A DNA stretch of 64,000 nucleotides from a virus. The DNA lies in IMG/VR virus record IMGVR_UViG_3300030202_003282, positions 52,754-116,753 of that record; one strand, written 5' to 3'. The translations under genes were made by a program, and so were the position numbers. The notes beneath the pieces are model-generated. The model did no database searches and was not told the DNA's origin. It was given only the letters and a program-made list of their open reading frames with translations. This document shows, one piece after another, positions 49,855 to 58,277 of this stretch (positions are counted from its first letter, which is position 1; every line of letters starts with the position of its first letter).

Positions 49855-50678
49855 TGAAAACTATAAGGCGTGGAGATCACGGAAGTGACGTGATAAAACT
49901 CCAAAGATTTCTGGGGATTGATAAAGACGGTGTCTTTGGTCCTAAAACTGAAAAGAAAGTCAAAGAGTTTCAATCTAAATATAAATTAACTGCTGATGGA
50001 ATAGTGGGTATAAAAACTTGGAGTATATTAGAAGCTACTGCTGTTAGATTAGGTCATGATTATTGTGATAGTGGTTACTGCCAGTATACCCGTCAACAAA
50101 TTGAAGATGCACTTAAAGCAAAAGGTTATACCTATTTTAAACAAGATTGGCTATTAAATATAGTAGGAATTAGAAACTCTGAAACAAAAAACAGGCTTAC
50201 TAATCAATATGATGATCTTATGACTGTCTCTTATCAAGATGGCAATCATATGAAGTATCATTGTTGGCCTATCACAACAGATCCTGGTGAATACTGGATT
50301 AATCATCCTATGAATACAGATGGGTGTGCAATTCTAGTACCAGGTCAATATATTAAAACATATAAAATTACTAAACACCTTGGAAAGTATGATGCTTTAT
50401 GCCAAAGAGGTGGGAGGGTAAGTGTGTATCGTGATGGGAACCGGGATGATATTTATGATCATGATCCTGAAAGTGTTGACGTAGGATACTTTGGTATAAA
50501 TATTCACCGTAGTTCAGCGTATAGAAAAGGAAGCTATATTAATAAATATTCAGCGGGATGTCAGGTATTTTCTGATCCGGATGACTTTGATGATTTTATG
50601 ACATTGGCCTATAAATCAAAAGAAGCTGGTTATCCGTGGTTTACTTACACCCTTATTGAATCTAAAGATATAATATAA
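49854..50678 (+). CDS. Endolysin: PG-binding domain plus L,D-transpeptidase-like (His/Cys) catalytic domain
   Basis: 'DGVFGPKT...FQ...L.ADGIVG..TW'; 'GINIH...SAGCQV'. Confidence 0.85.
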   Translation: MKTIRRGDHGSDVIKLQRFLGIDKDGVFGPKTEKKVKEFQSKYKLTADGIVGIKTWSILEATAVRLGHDYCDSGYCQYTRQQIEDALKAKGYTYFKQDWLLNIVGIRNSETKNRLTNQYDDLMTVSYQDGNHMKYHCWPITTDPGEYWINHPMNTDGCAILVPGQYIKTYKITKHLGKYDALCQRGGRVSVYRDGNRDDIYDHDPESVDVGYFGINIHRSSAYRKGSYINKYSAGCQVFSDPDDFDDFMTLAYKSKEAGYPWFTYTLIESKDII

Positions 50679-51049
50679 TGGCACTTGTAAATAAAGTAGA
50701 TAAAAGAGTAAGAGTATCTGTTGATGAAGCAATCAAATATCAGATACTTACTCACTGCTTTTTTAACAATATTCAAATAAGTAATTCTGATCTCAAATGC
50801 TTGACCCAATTGGCAAAAGATGGTGAGACAGAATTAACTTTATTTTGCAAAAAAATATCAATTGTTGACATATTTAAAAGTCCACAATCTGCTAGAAATG
50901 CTATAACTAAAGCAGCAAAAAAGAATCTTATTGTTAAAAGAGGTAAAAATAAAAAAACTATATCCATTAGTAAAGAGCTTAATGTGCAAACAGATGGCAC
51001 AATATTATTGGATTTTAAAATATTAGGGTATGAACCCCAAGAAGCATAA
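50678..51049 (+). CDS. Winged-helix-like protein of the crAss-like late module
   Basis: 'FKSPQSARNAITKAAKKNLIVK'. Confidence 0.55.
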   Translation: MALVNKVDKRVRVSVDEAIKYQILTHCFFNNIQISNSDLKCLTQLAKDGETELTLFCKKISIVDIFKSPQSARNAITKAAKKNLIVKRGKNKKTISISKELNVQTDGTILLDFKILGYEPQEA

Positions 51050-51395
51050 TACCTTTAAAAAGGATATTGCAAAAGAAGTGGGAGTTCATCCTGATGTAGT
51101 AGATGCTTTTATTACTTTTTATTATGGAAAAGTAAGAAAAAATTTATCTGATCTAAATTGTTGCAATTTGCATTTAGATGGATTAGGCACTTTTTCTTTA
51201 AGAAAAAAAAGATTAAAAGACAAGATTAAAAGATATAAAAGCATATTAGGTAATTTAACAAAAATGACTTTTGGTGGATATGATAAACATGTTGCAGTAA
51301 AAGAAAAGTTAAATAATTTAGAAGATGCTTTAAAGTTGATTGAAGAAAATGAACAAAGAAAAAAAGATTGGTTAAAAGAAAATACTAAAAAATGA
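51030..51395 (+). CDS. IHF/HU-like DNA-binding protein
   Basis: 'IAKEVGV...V...I...LHLDGLGTFSLR'. Confidence 0.65.
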   Translation: MNPKKHNTFKKDIAKEVGVHPDVVDAFITFYYGKVRKNLSDLNCCNLHLDGLGTFSLRKKRLKDKIKRYKSILGNLTKMTFGGYDKHVAVKEKLNNLEDALKLIEENEQRKKDWLKENTKK

Positions 51396-51730
51396 AACTA
51401 GGAAAACTAATTAATGCTTTTAAAAATGTTGACCAAATTATGGAAGGTATTAAAAACAACATTTTTAAAAAAGAACATGTAGAAGCTGTAGCTCATTTAA
51501 GATGGCAACAATGCAAAACATGTGAAAAATTAGATAAAGAAGGCACTGAGTGTGCAGCTCCTGGTACTCAACCATGTTGTGGAGATTGTGGATGCAGCTT
51601 AAGTTTAAAATTAAGAGCCCTTTCTTCTGATTGTCCATTAGATAAATGGAGTGCATTAATGGAAGAAGATGTAGAAGATAAAGTAATAGAACAAATTAAA
51701 GGTAAAGAAAATGGCAACAAAGAAGAATGA
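51392..51730 (+). CDS. Cys-rich Zn-binding protein
   Basis: 'RWQQCKTC...CGDCGCSL..K......CP..KW'. Confidence 0.7.
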   Translation: MKLGKLINAFKNVDQIMEGIKNNIFKKEHVEAVAHLRWQQCKTCEKLDKEGTECAAPGTQPCCGDCGCSLSLKLRALSSDCPLDKWSALMEEDVEDKVIEQIKGKENGNKEE

Positions 51731-51893
51731 TATTAAAATTATATTAACTAAAAAAGACTTTGAAGATTTTCCCAATGATCAAGAATTAGGTAGAATGGCA
51801 AGACAAAAATACATAAGCATATTAAAAGTAATAACTCCACCACAAGAGTATAAAAATTATAACTGGGTTTATCCAGGCCCTACAAAACTATGA
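51711..51893 (+). CDS. Hypothetical protein
   Basis: 'PNDQELG...R' small phage protein pattern. Confidence 0.55.
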   Translation: MATKKNDIKIILTKKDFEDFPNDQELGRMARQKYISILKVITPPQEYKNYNWVYPGPTKL

Positions 51894-51896
51894 GTT

Positions 51897-52724
51897 ATGG
51901 CAGTAATATTTAAAGAAGATGGTCATGTGTATGAAAGCTTAGATCCTAATCTAGATAAGGAGGATATTAAGTGGACTAGTGTAACATCATTTATTGGTAT
52001 GTTTAAACCAAAGTTTGATGCTAAAGCACAAGCAAAAAAATCATCTAAAAATAAAAGATCTAAATGGTATAAAATGTCTGAAAAAGATATTTTGGCTGCA
52101 TGGGATGGTGAATCACAAAGAGCTATTAAATTAGGAAATTGGTATCACCTTCAAAGAGAAAAAGATCTTTTAGAATTTGAAACTATTGAAAGAGAAGGTA
52201 CAGAAGTACCTATCATTCATCCTATAGAAGATGGGAATGGTATTAAAATAGCCCCAGAACAAAAGTTATCTGATGGTGTTTATCCAGAACATTTAGTTTA
52301 TTTAAAATCTGCAGGTTTATGTGGTCAAGCAGATTTGGTAGAAATAGTAAATGGAACCATTAACATTAATGACTATAAGACAAATAAAGAAATTAAAGAA
52401 AAAGGGTTTACTAATTGGGAAGGAATTACTAATAAAATGTTTAATCCAGTAAATCACTTAGATGATTGCAATCTTAATCATTATAGTTTGCAATTAAGTT
52501 TATATGCGTATATTATTAAAAAGCATAACCCTAAATTAAAAATAGGTAAACTTACTATTCAACATGTTAAATTTAAAGAATTAGGAAAAGATTCTAATGG
52601 CTATCCTATTAATGAGCATGTAGATGGAGAGCCTGTTATGGAAACAATAAAAATGTATGATTTACCATATTTAAAAAGTGAAATAAATTCTTTAATAAGA
52701 TGGTTAAAAACAAATAAAAAATAA
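51897..52724 (+). CDS. PD-(D/E)XK nuclease
   Basis: 'SVTSFI', 'G.WYH', 'E..V......CGQAD...I.DYKTN', 'YSLQLSLY'. Confidence 0.85.
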   Translation: MAVIFKEDGHVYESLDPNLDKEDIKWTSVTSFIGMFKPKFDAKAQAKKSSKNKRSKWYKMSEKDILAAWDGESQRAIKLGNWYHLQREKDLLEFETIEREGTEVPIIHPIEDGNGIKIAPEQKLSDGVYPEHLVYLKSAGLCGQADLVEIVNGTININDYKTNKEIKEKGFTNWEGITNKMFNPVNHLDDCNLNHYSLQLSLYAYIIKKHNPKLKIGKLTIQHVKFKELGKDSNGYPINEHVDGEPVMETIKMYDLPYLKSEINSLIRWLKTNKK

Positions 52725-52729
52725 ATATT

Positions 52730-52996
52730 ATGCCAACACCAACAAATTTTATAGAAGTAGATATAGTTCAAGCAGTACTTGTATCTAATACAAATGTTAG
52801 TCCACCTGTTTTAACTACGGCATTTAAAGCCGGTAAAATAACTTTTAATCCAAATGAAATAATTTCTTATGGAGAGTATTGGGATCTAAATGCAACACAA
52901 TTTATAAGTGGAAAAACTCAAGTAACTCTTGGACTGACTGGATTTATTTATAATGGAACTCTATTAGATTTTGAAAAAGAATTACCTGCAATATAA
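52730..52996 (+). CDS. Hypothetical protein
   Basis: 88-aa ORF coupled to the next gene. Confidence 0.55.
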   Translation: MPTPTNFIEVDIVQAVLVSNTNVSPPVLTTAFKAGKITFNPNEIISYGEYWDLNATQFISGKTQVTLGLTGFIYNGTLLDFEKELPAI

Positions 52997-53517
52997 TGGA
53001 ATATACTAAACAAAGAAAGGATATTAATTACTATAAGATATGTAATGAACTTATAGAAAGAATAGCTATGGATAATCAATCTAAATCTATAATTGATGTA
53101 GGTGGTTGGAATGGATTTTTTGTAAAAAATACACCTGTTGAAAAAAAAGTTTGTTTAGATAAAAGAATTAGAAAAGATAAAAAACCAGTAAAAGGAGTGG
53201 ATTTTATAAATGAAGATTTTATAAAATGGAATGCAAAAGAAAAGTATGACATTGTATTATGCATGCAAGTACTAGAACACTTAGAAAATAATCAAATTCC
53301 CCTCTTTATAGAGAAATTATTTAGTTTAACTGATCATGTTATTATTTCTGTTCCTTATAAATGGAGAAAAGATTGGTGTAAATTTCATAAACAAGATCCA
53401 ATTGATCATGCTAAATTAAAATTATGGACTAATAAAAGACCTTTTGAATCCTTTTTAGTAAAGGATAATAAAACTGAAAGATTAATTTGTTATTACAAGA
53501 AAAGTTATGATAGTTAA
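52996..53517 (+). CDS. Class I SAM-dependent methyltransferase
   Basis: 'IIDVGG', 'YDIVLCMQVLEHL', 'IISVP'. Confidence 0.82.
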   Translation: MEYTKQRKDINYYKICNELIERIAMDNQSKSIIDVGGWNGFFVKNTPVEKKVCLDKRIRKDKKPVKGVDFINEDFIKWNAKEKYDIVLCMQVLEHLENNQIPLFIEKLFSLTDHVIISVPYKWRKDWCKFHKQDPIDHAKLKLWTNKRPFESFLVKDNKTERLICYYKKSYDS

Positions 53518-54022
53518 ATTATTTGATATTCAAAATGAAAAAGTTGTATTAACAGAACATTGTTATACATTGGATTTTTTAAAAACAATCATGGATACGT
53601 ATCCTGATACACATATGTCAATATATCAATATTTGTTTTATATGACATGTCCAGATCCAGAAGCAAATCCTTTTTTTAATTTACCAGAAATAGAAAAAGA
53701 AGATATTGTAATAGAAGAAGTAAATTTAGAAGAATCTACAGAAGATCCTGCAATAAGACATGCGTTAGATAGATGCAGTGCAATGTATGAAACTCCTACA
53801 TTTAGAGCATATATGGGAATTAAAAGAGCTTTAGATAATATGGCAACATATATGGCTAATACTCCTATTACTGATGGTAGAGATGGTAATATATCTCAAA
53901 TACGTGCAGTTGCAAAAGATTTTGATGCTATTAGACAATCATTTAAAGGAGCATATAAAGATTTAAAAGATGAACAATCTACTTCTGTAAGGGGAGGGCA
54001 AGGATTAGCTTATGACCAGTAA
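53507..54022 (+). CDS. Packaging-module protein (possible terminase small subunit)
   Basis: Helical protein ending 'VRGGQGLAYD', upstream of TerL. Confidence 0.5.
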   Translation: MIVKLFDIQNEKVVLTEHCYTLDFLKTIMDTYPDTHMSIYQYLFYMTCPDPEANPFFNLPEIEKEDIVIEEVNLEESTEDPAIRHALDRCSAMYETPTFRAYMGIKRALDNMATYMANTPITDGRDGNISQIRAVAKDFDAIRQSFKGAYKDLKDEQSTSVRGGQGLAYDQ

Positions 54023-54039
54023 AAATTAAAATAAAAAAA

Positions 54040-54270
54040 ATGAAAGGACAATTTAAAAAATCAAGAGTAATGAATGCTTTATATGCTAAAGCTGTAGCAG
54101 ATAAAGAAAAAGCTTTAATGGCATTAGACTTATTAGAAAACCAGGCAGTTGGTATTGGTGATCATACAGCTAATGATTTTTTTGAAGATGCTGAAAAATC
54201 ATTACAGTTATTAATTGATGCAGAAGATAAAATAGAATGCTTAAAAAGACATTTTAGTATAGAAGTATGA
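54040..54270 (+). CDS. Small helical phage protein
   Basis: 'NQAVGIGDH' motif. Confidence 0.65.
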   Translation: MKGQFKKSRVMNALYAKAVADKEKALMALDLLENQAVGIGDHTANDFFEDAEKSLQLLIDAEDKIECLKRHFSIEV

Positions 54271-55724
54271 ATAAGAATTTAGTATATACATCAGCAGGAG
54301 ATAATACCTTATTTTATAAATATTGGTGTGATGATATTAAAGATTATGATCTTTGGGTTACTTATTACGGAAATAATGAAAAAAACTTTAAAACATATTC
54401 TAAGCATGCTGATTACATTACCAAAAGAAAAGGGTTTAAGTTTCAAAATTTTTATGATTTATACAGCAAGAAAGATTTATCTCAATATGATAGAATTTTT
54501 ATTTTGGATGATGATATTATAATTAATACATCAGATATTAATAAAATGTTTAACATATCTGAAAAATATGATCTTAATATTTGCGGGCCAACTTTTACTC
54601 CAACATGTAAAATATCTCACAGAAAAACTATAAACAATCCTAAATGGTTTATGCGGTATACAAACTATGTTGAAGTTAATGTTCCATTATTTAAAAAAGA
54701 AGCTTTAAAAAAATTAATGGATGTTTTTGATCCTAAATTAGTTGGTTGGGGAATAGATAGATTAGCGTCATGGGCCAATGATTATAATAAAATTGCATTG
54801 GTAGATGCTGTTGTATGTATAAACCCACATGATAGAACTAAAGGAGGTGTAAGAGAATTAACAAAAGGAGATGAAAGTTGGGCTATTAGAGAAAAAATTT
54901 GGCATAATGTTGCAGACAAATATAAAATACCCTATAAAGTAAGAATTGCAAATAAATCATTTGTTAGTATAAAAGAAGGATTAAACAAATCAGATCCTGG
55001 ACATAATAGAACAATAAATTTTAAAAAAAATAATAAAGATAAAATTGCAATATTAATGTTAGCATATGAATCATTTGATTACCCAAATGTTTGGTTAGAT
55101 TTTTTTGAAGAAGGTTGTGATAAATCTAATTTTTACACGCATGTTAAAAATAAATGTAAAAGCAAGCTTTTAGAAAAAAATCATATTAAAAAACATATAT
55201 CTACAAAATGGGGAGATATTAGTTTAGTTAAAGCAACAAACAATATGTTAGAAGAAGCATATAAAGATGAAACAAATAAAATATTTATTTTAACATCAGC
55301 AGATACAGTTCCATTATATGGCTTTGATAAAATTTATAATGATATTATAAACAGTAAAAAAAGTTGGTTTAACATTTTAGAGCAAAAAGAAGCTCATACT
55401 GCATGTTCACAATTCTTTTTATTAACTAGAAAGCATGTTAAATTAATATTAGATAATAGAGATAAAGAAGACACCCATGACATTCCAAAAACAGTTCCTG
55501 ATGAAAGTTATTATTATAAAATATTATCAGAATTAGATAAAGATAATATTAAAAATAAAAAAATTATGAATTGTATAATTGATAATAAAACTCATAGGTG
55601 TATTTCTAGTCCTTTAAGTATAACTAGTTTAAGAGTTAAAAGAAGAAATGGTGGATATTTTTTTAGAAAGACAGAGCCATATTTAAAACATATAACATAT
55701 AATTATTTAAAACATACAAAATGA
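54267..55724 (+). CDS. Two-domain glycosyltransferase (DUF707-like GT-A fused to a core-2/I-branching GT14-like domain)
   Basis: 'FILDDDI', 'TNYVEVNVPLF', 'GWGID'; then 'IAILMLA', 'WGDISLVKA', 'SQFFLL.RKH', 'PDESY'. Confidence 0.78.
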   Translation: MNKNLVYTSAGDNTLFYKYWCDDIKDYDLWVTYYGNNEKNFKTYSKHADYITKRKGFKFQNFYDLYSKKDLSQYDRIFILDDDIIINTSDINKMFNISEKYDLNICGPTFTPTCKISHRKTINNPKWFMRYTNYVEVNVPLFKKEALKKLMDVFDPKLVGWGIDRLASWANDYNKIALVDAVVCINPHDRTKGGVRELTKGDESWAIREKIWHNVADKYKIPYKVRIANKSFVSIKEGLNKSDPGHNRTINFKKNNKDKIAILMLAYESFDYPNVWLDFFEEGCDKSNFYTHVKNKCKSKLLEKNHIKKHISTKWGDISLVKATNNMLEEAYKDETNKIFILTSADTVPLYGFDKIYNDIINSKKSWFNILEQKEAHTACSQFFLLTRKHVKLILDNRDKEDTHDIPKTVPDESYYYKILSELDKDNIKNKKIMNCIIDNKTHRCISSPLSITSLRVKRRNGGYFFRKTEPYLKHITYNYLKHTK

Positions 55725-55999
55725 ACAATACAAAAATTATTCCTGTAGGAAACAAAGTATTAATTAAGCAAGATGAAGTTCCAGAATATTATGGAAATAC
55801 TAAAATTTTAATTTCTGGTACACAAGAAAAAGAAAATAAAGGGACTATTATTGCAGTAGGAGATTTAGTGCAAACAATGAAGGCGGGAGATCATATTCAA
55901 TTTGCTGATCATGCAGTTCCTGTAGTAATGACTCATGAAGGTGAAGAGCATTTATTAATAAATATTCAAGATATATTAGCTATTATTGTAAATGTATAA
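55721..55999 (+). CDS. GroES-like co-chaperonin
   Basis: 'IIPVGNKVLI', 'GTIIAVG', 'KAGD.I.F', 'DILAI'. Confidence 0.85.
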   Translation: MNNTKIIPVGNKVLIKQDEVPEYYGNTKILISGTQEKENKGTIIAVGDLVQTMKAGDHIQFADHAVPVVMTHEGEEHLLINIQDILAIIVNV

Positions 56000-58181
56000 A
56001 CAAGTACCTACATATGAAAATGGTAATTGGACTACTACAGATTTTTTTGATGAAGAAGAATTTATAAATTATTTATTATCAATATTTAAAGAACCTGGTG
56101 AATATGGTTTTGATAAAACAAGTTTTATATTTAATAAAGAAGCTAGAACATTTAATAAACAAGGATTTTATTGCAATGCACCTTTTAGATCTAAAGATTT
56201 TATTAAGTATTGGAATGCTGAAAAAGATAAATGCAGAAAAGGTGTAATATATAATAGTAATGGTAAATCATGGTATTTAACTAGAGATTACTATATGTGG
56301 TTAAACTTTCTTCCTATTTATGATAAAGAAGAAAAAGCTTATGGATTTGCTAAAGTAAGAGATGCTCAATATCATATGGCATTATATGAATTGCTTGCCG
56401 AATTACATAATAAACATTCTGCTATATTTAAAAAACGTCAAATAGCATCTTCTTATTTTCATATGGGTAAGATTATAAATACCTACTGGTTTGAAGAAGG
56501 TAGTGTTTGCAAGATTGGAGCAAGCCTTAAAGATTATATAAATGATAAAGGTTCTTGGAAATTTTTAGAAGAGTACAAAGACTTTCTTAATGAGCATACT
56601 GCTTGGTATAGACCCAGCAATCCAGAAAAAGTTTTGCTTTGGCAGCAGCAAATAGAAGTTAGAGTTGGTAATAGAAAAACAAGTAAGGGTTTAAAATCTA
56701 AAATACAAGGGGCATCATTTGAAAAAAATGCAACAACTGGAGTAGGTGGACCAACAACTTATTTCTTTCATGAAGAAGCTGGTATAGCACCTAAGATGAT
56801 GGATACATATGAATATCTTAGACCTGCAATGTCTTCAGGAATGATGACTACAGGTATGTTTATAGCTGCCGGATCTGTAGGTGACTTAGATCAATGCAAT
56901 CCTTTAAAAGAAATGATATTAAAACCAGTCAATAATGATATATATCCCGTTGAAACTAATCTTTTAGATAAAAATGGTACTATTGGATTATCCGGTTTAT
57001 TTATTCCAGAACAATGGTCTATGCCGCCATATATAGATGATTATGGAAATTCTAAAGTAGAAGAGGCTTTAGAAGCAATTATGATAGAAAGAGAAGACTG
57101 GAAAAATAAACTTAATCCTGAACAATATCAATTACGTATATCTCAAAAACCAACTAACATTGCAGAAGGATTTGCATATAGAAAAGAATCTGTATTTCCA
57201 CAAGGTATTACATCTAAACAATTAAAAAGAATTGAAGATAAAGAATACGGCTATGAATTTCTTGAATTAGAAAGAGATGAAACAGGAATTATAGCTAAAA
57301 AAAGTAATAAATTACCAATATCACAATTTCCAGTAGATAAAAAAATGCAAGATAAAAGCGGTTGTTTAATTGTTTGGGAAAGACCAATTGAAAATCCTGG
57401 TTTTGGAACTTATTATGGATCTATTGATCCCGTTTCTGAAGGTAAAACAACTACATCAGATTCTTTATGTTCAATATTTATTTATAAAAACCCTATAGAA
57501 ATTACAAGAGAAACACCTAATGGTTTAGAAACATTTGTAGAAAAAGATAAAATAGTTGCTTCATGGTGTGGGAGATTTGATGATATTAATAAAACCCATG
57601 AAAGATTAGAATTAATAATTGAATGGTATAATGCATGGACTATAGTAGAAAATAACATTTCTCTTTTTATACAATATATGATTTCTAGAAAAAGACAGAA
57701 ATATTTAGTTCCTAAAAATCAAATACTATTTTTAAAAGATCTTGGATCAAATAAATCAGTGTATCAAGAATATGGTTGGAAAAACACAGGAACTCTTTTT
57801 AAATCTCATTTAATATCATATGCAATTGAATACTTAAGAGAAGTTATTCATGAAGAAACAAATGAAAATGGAAATGTAATAGAACAAACTTTTGGGGTTG
57901 AAAGAATACCAGATCCAATGTTAATAAAAGAAATGATGGCATACTATCCAGGTTTAAACGTAGATAGGTTAGTAACTTTTTCTGCATTAGTTGCTTTTGC
58001 AAAAGTACAGCAATCTAATAGAGGCTATGTTAAACGTAAAGAAATTGATAAGGCTAATTCCTTGCATAATTCAGAAAATTTATATAAATTAAAGTATAGT
58101 CCGTTCAGTAATTTAGGACGTAAAAAGAATAAAGGATCTTATAGTAAAAAGGTAAGATCTGGATTTAAAAATTTTAAATAA
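55992..58181 (+). CDS. terL: Terminase large subunit
   Basis: 'KKRQIASS' Walker A, 'FFHEEAG' Walker B, RNase H-like 'SIDP...ENN...DRL'; adjacent to the portal. Confidence 0.9.
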   Translation: MYKQVPTYENGNWTTTDFFDEEEFINYLLSIFKEPGEYGFDKTSFIFNKEARTFNKQGFYCNAPFRSKDFIKYWNAEKDKCRKGVIYNSNGKSWYLTRDYYMWLNFLPIYDKEEKAYGFAKVRDAQYHMALYELLAELHNKHSAIFKKRQIASSYFHMGKIINTYWFEEGSVCKIGASLKDYINDKGSWKFLEEYKDFLNEHTAWYRPSNPEKVLLWQQQIEVRVGNRKTSKGLKSKIQGASFEKNATTGVGGPTTYFFHEEAGIAPKMMDTYEYLRPAMSSGMMTTGMFIAAGSVGDLDQCNPLKEMILKPVNNDIYPVETNLLDKNGTIGLSGLFIPEQWSMPPYIDDYGNSKVEEALEAIMIEREDWKNKLNPEQYQLRISQKPTNIAEGFAYRKESVFPQGITSKQLKRIEDKEYGYEFLELERDETGIIAKKSNKLPISQFPVDKKMQDKSGCLIVWERPIENPGFGTYYGSIDPVSEGKTTTSDSLCSIFIYKNPIEITRETPNGLETFVEKDKIVASWCGRFDDINKTHERLELIIEWYNAWTIVENNISLFIQYMISRKRQKYLVPKNQILFLKDLGSNKSVYQEYGWKNTGTLFKSHLISYAIEYLREVIHEETNENGNVIEQTFGVERIPDPMLIKEMMAYYPGLNVDRLVTFSALVAFAKVQQSNRGYVKRKEIDKANSLHNSENLYKLKYSPFSNLGRKKNKGSYSKKVRSGFKNFK

Positions 58182-58277
58182 TGGATTATTACATATCTTG
58201 TACACATAATTACACTCATATTACGTATATTATAGTAGATAGTATTATAACAACACCAACTAAATTTATCATATAAA

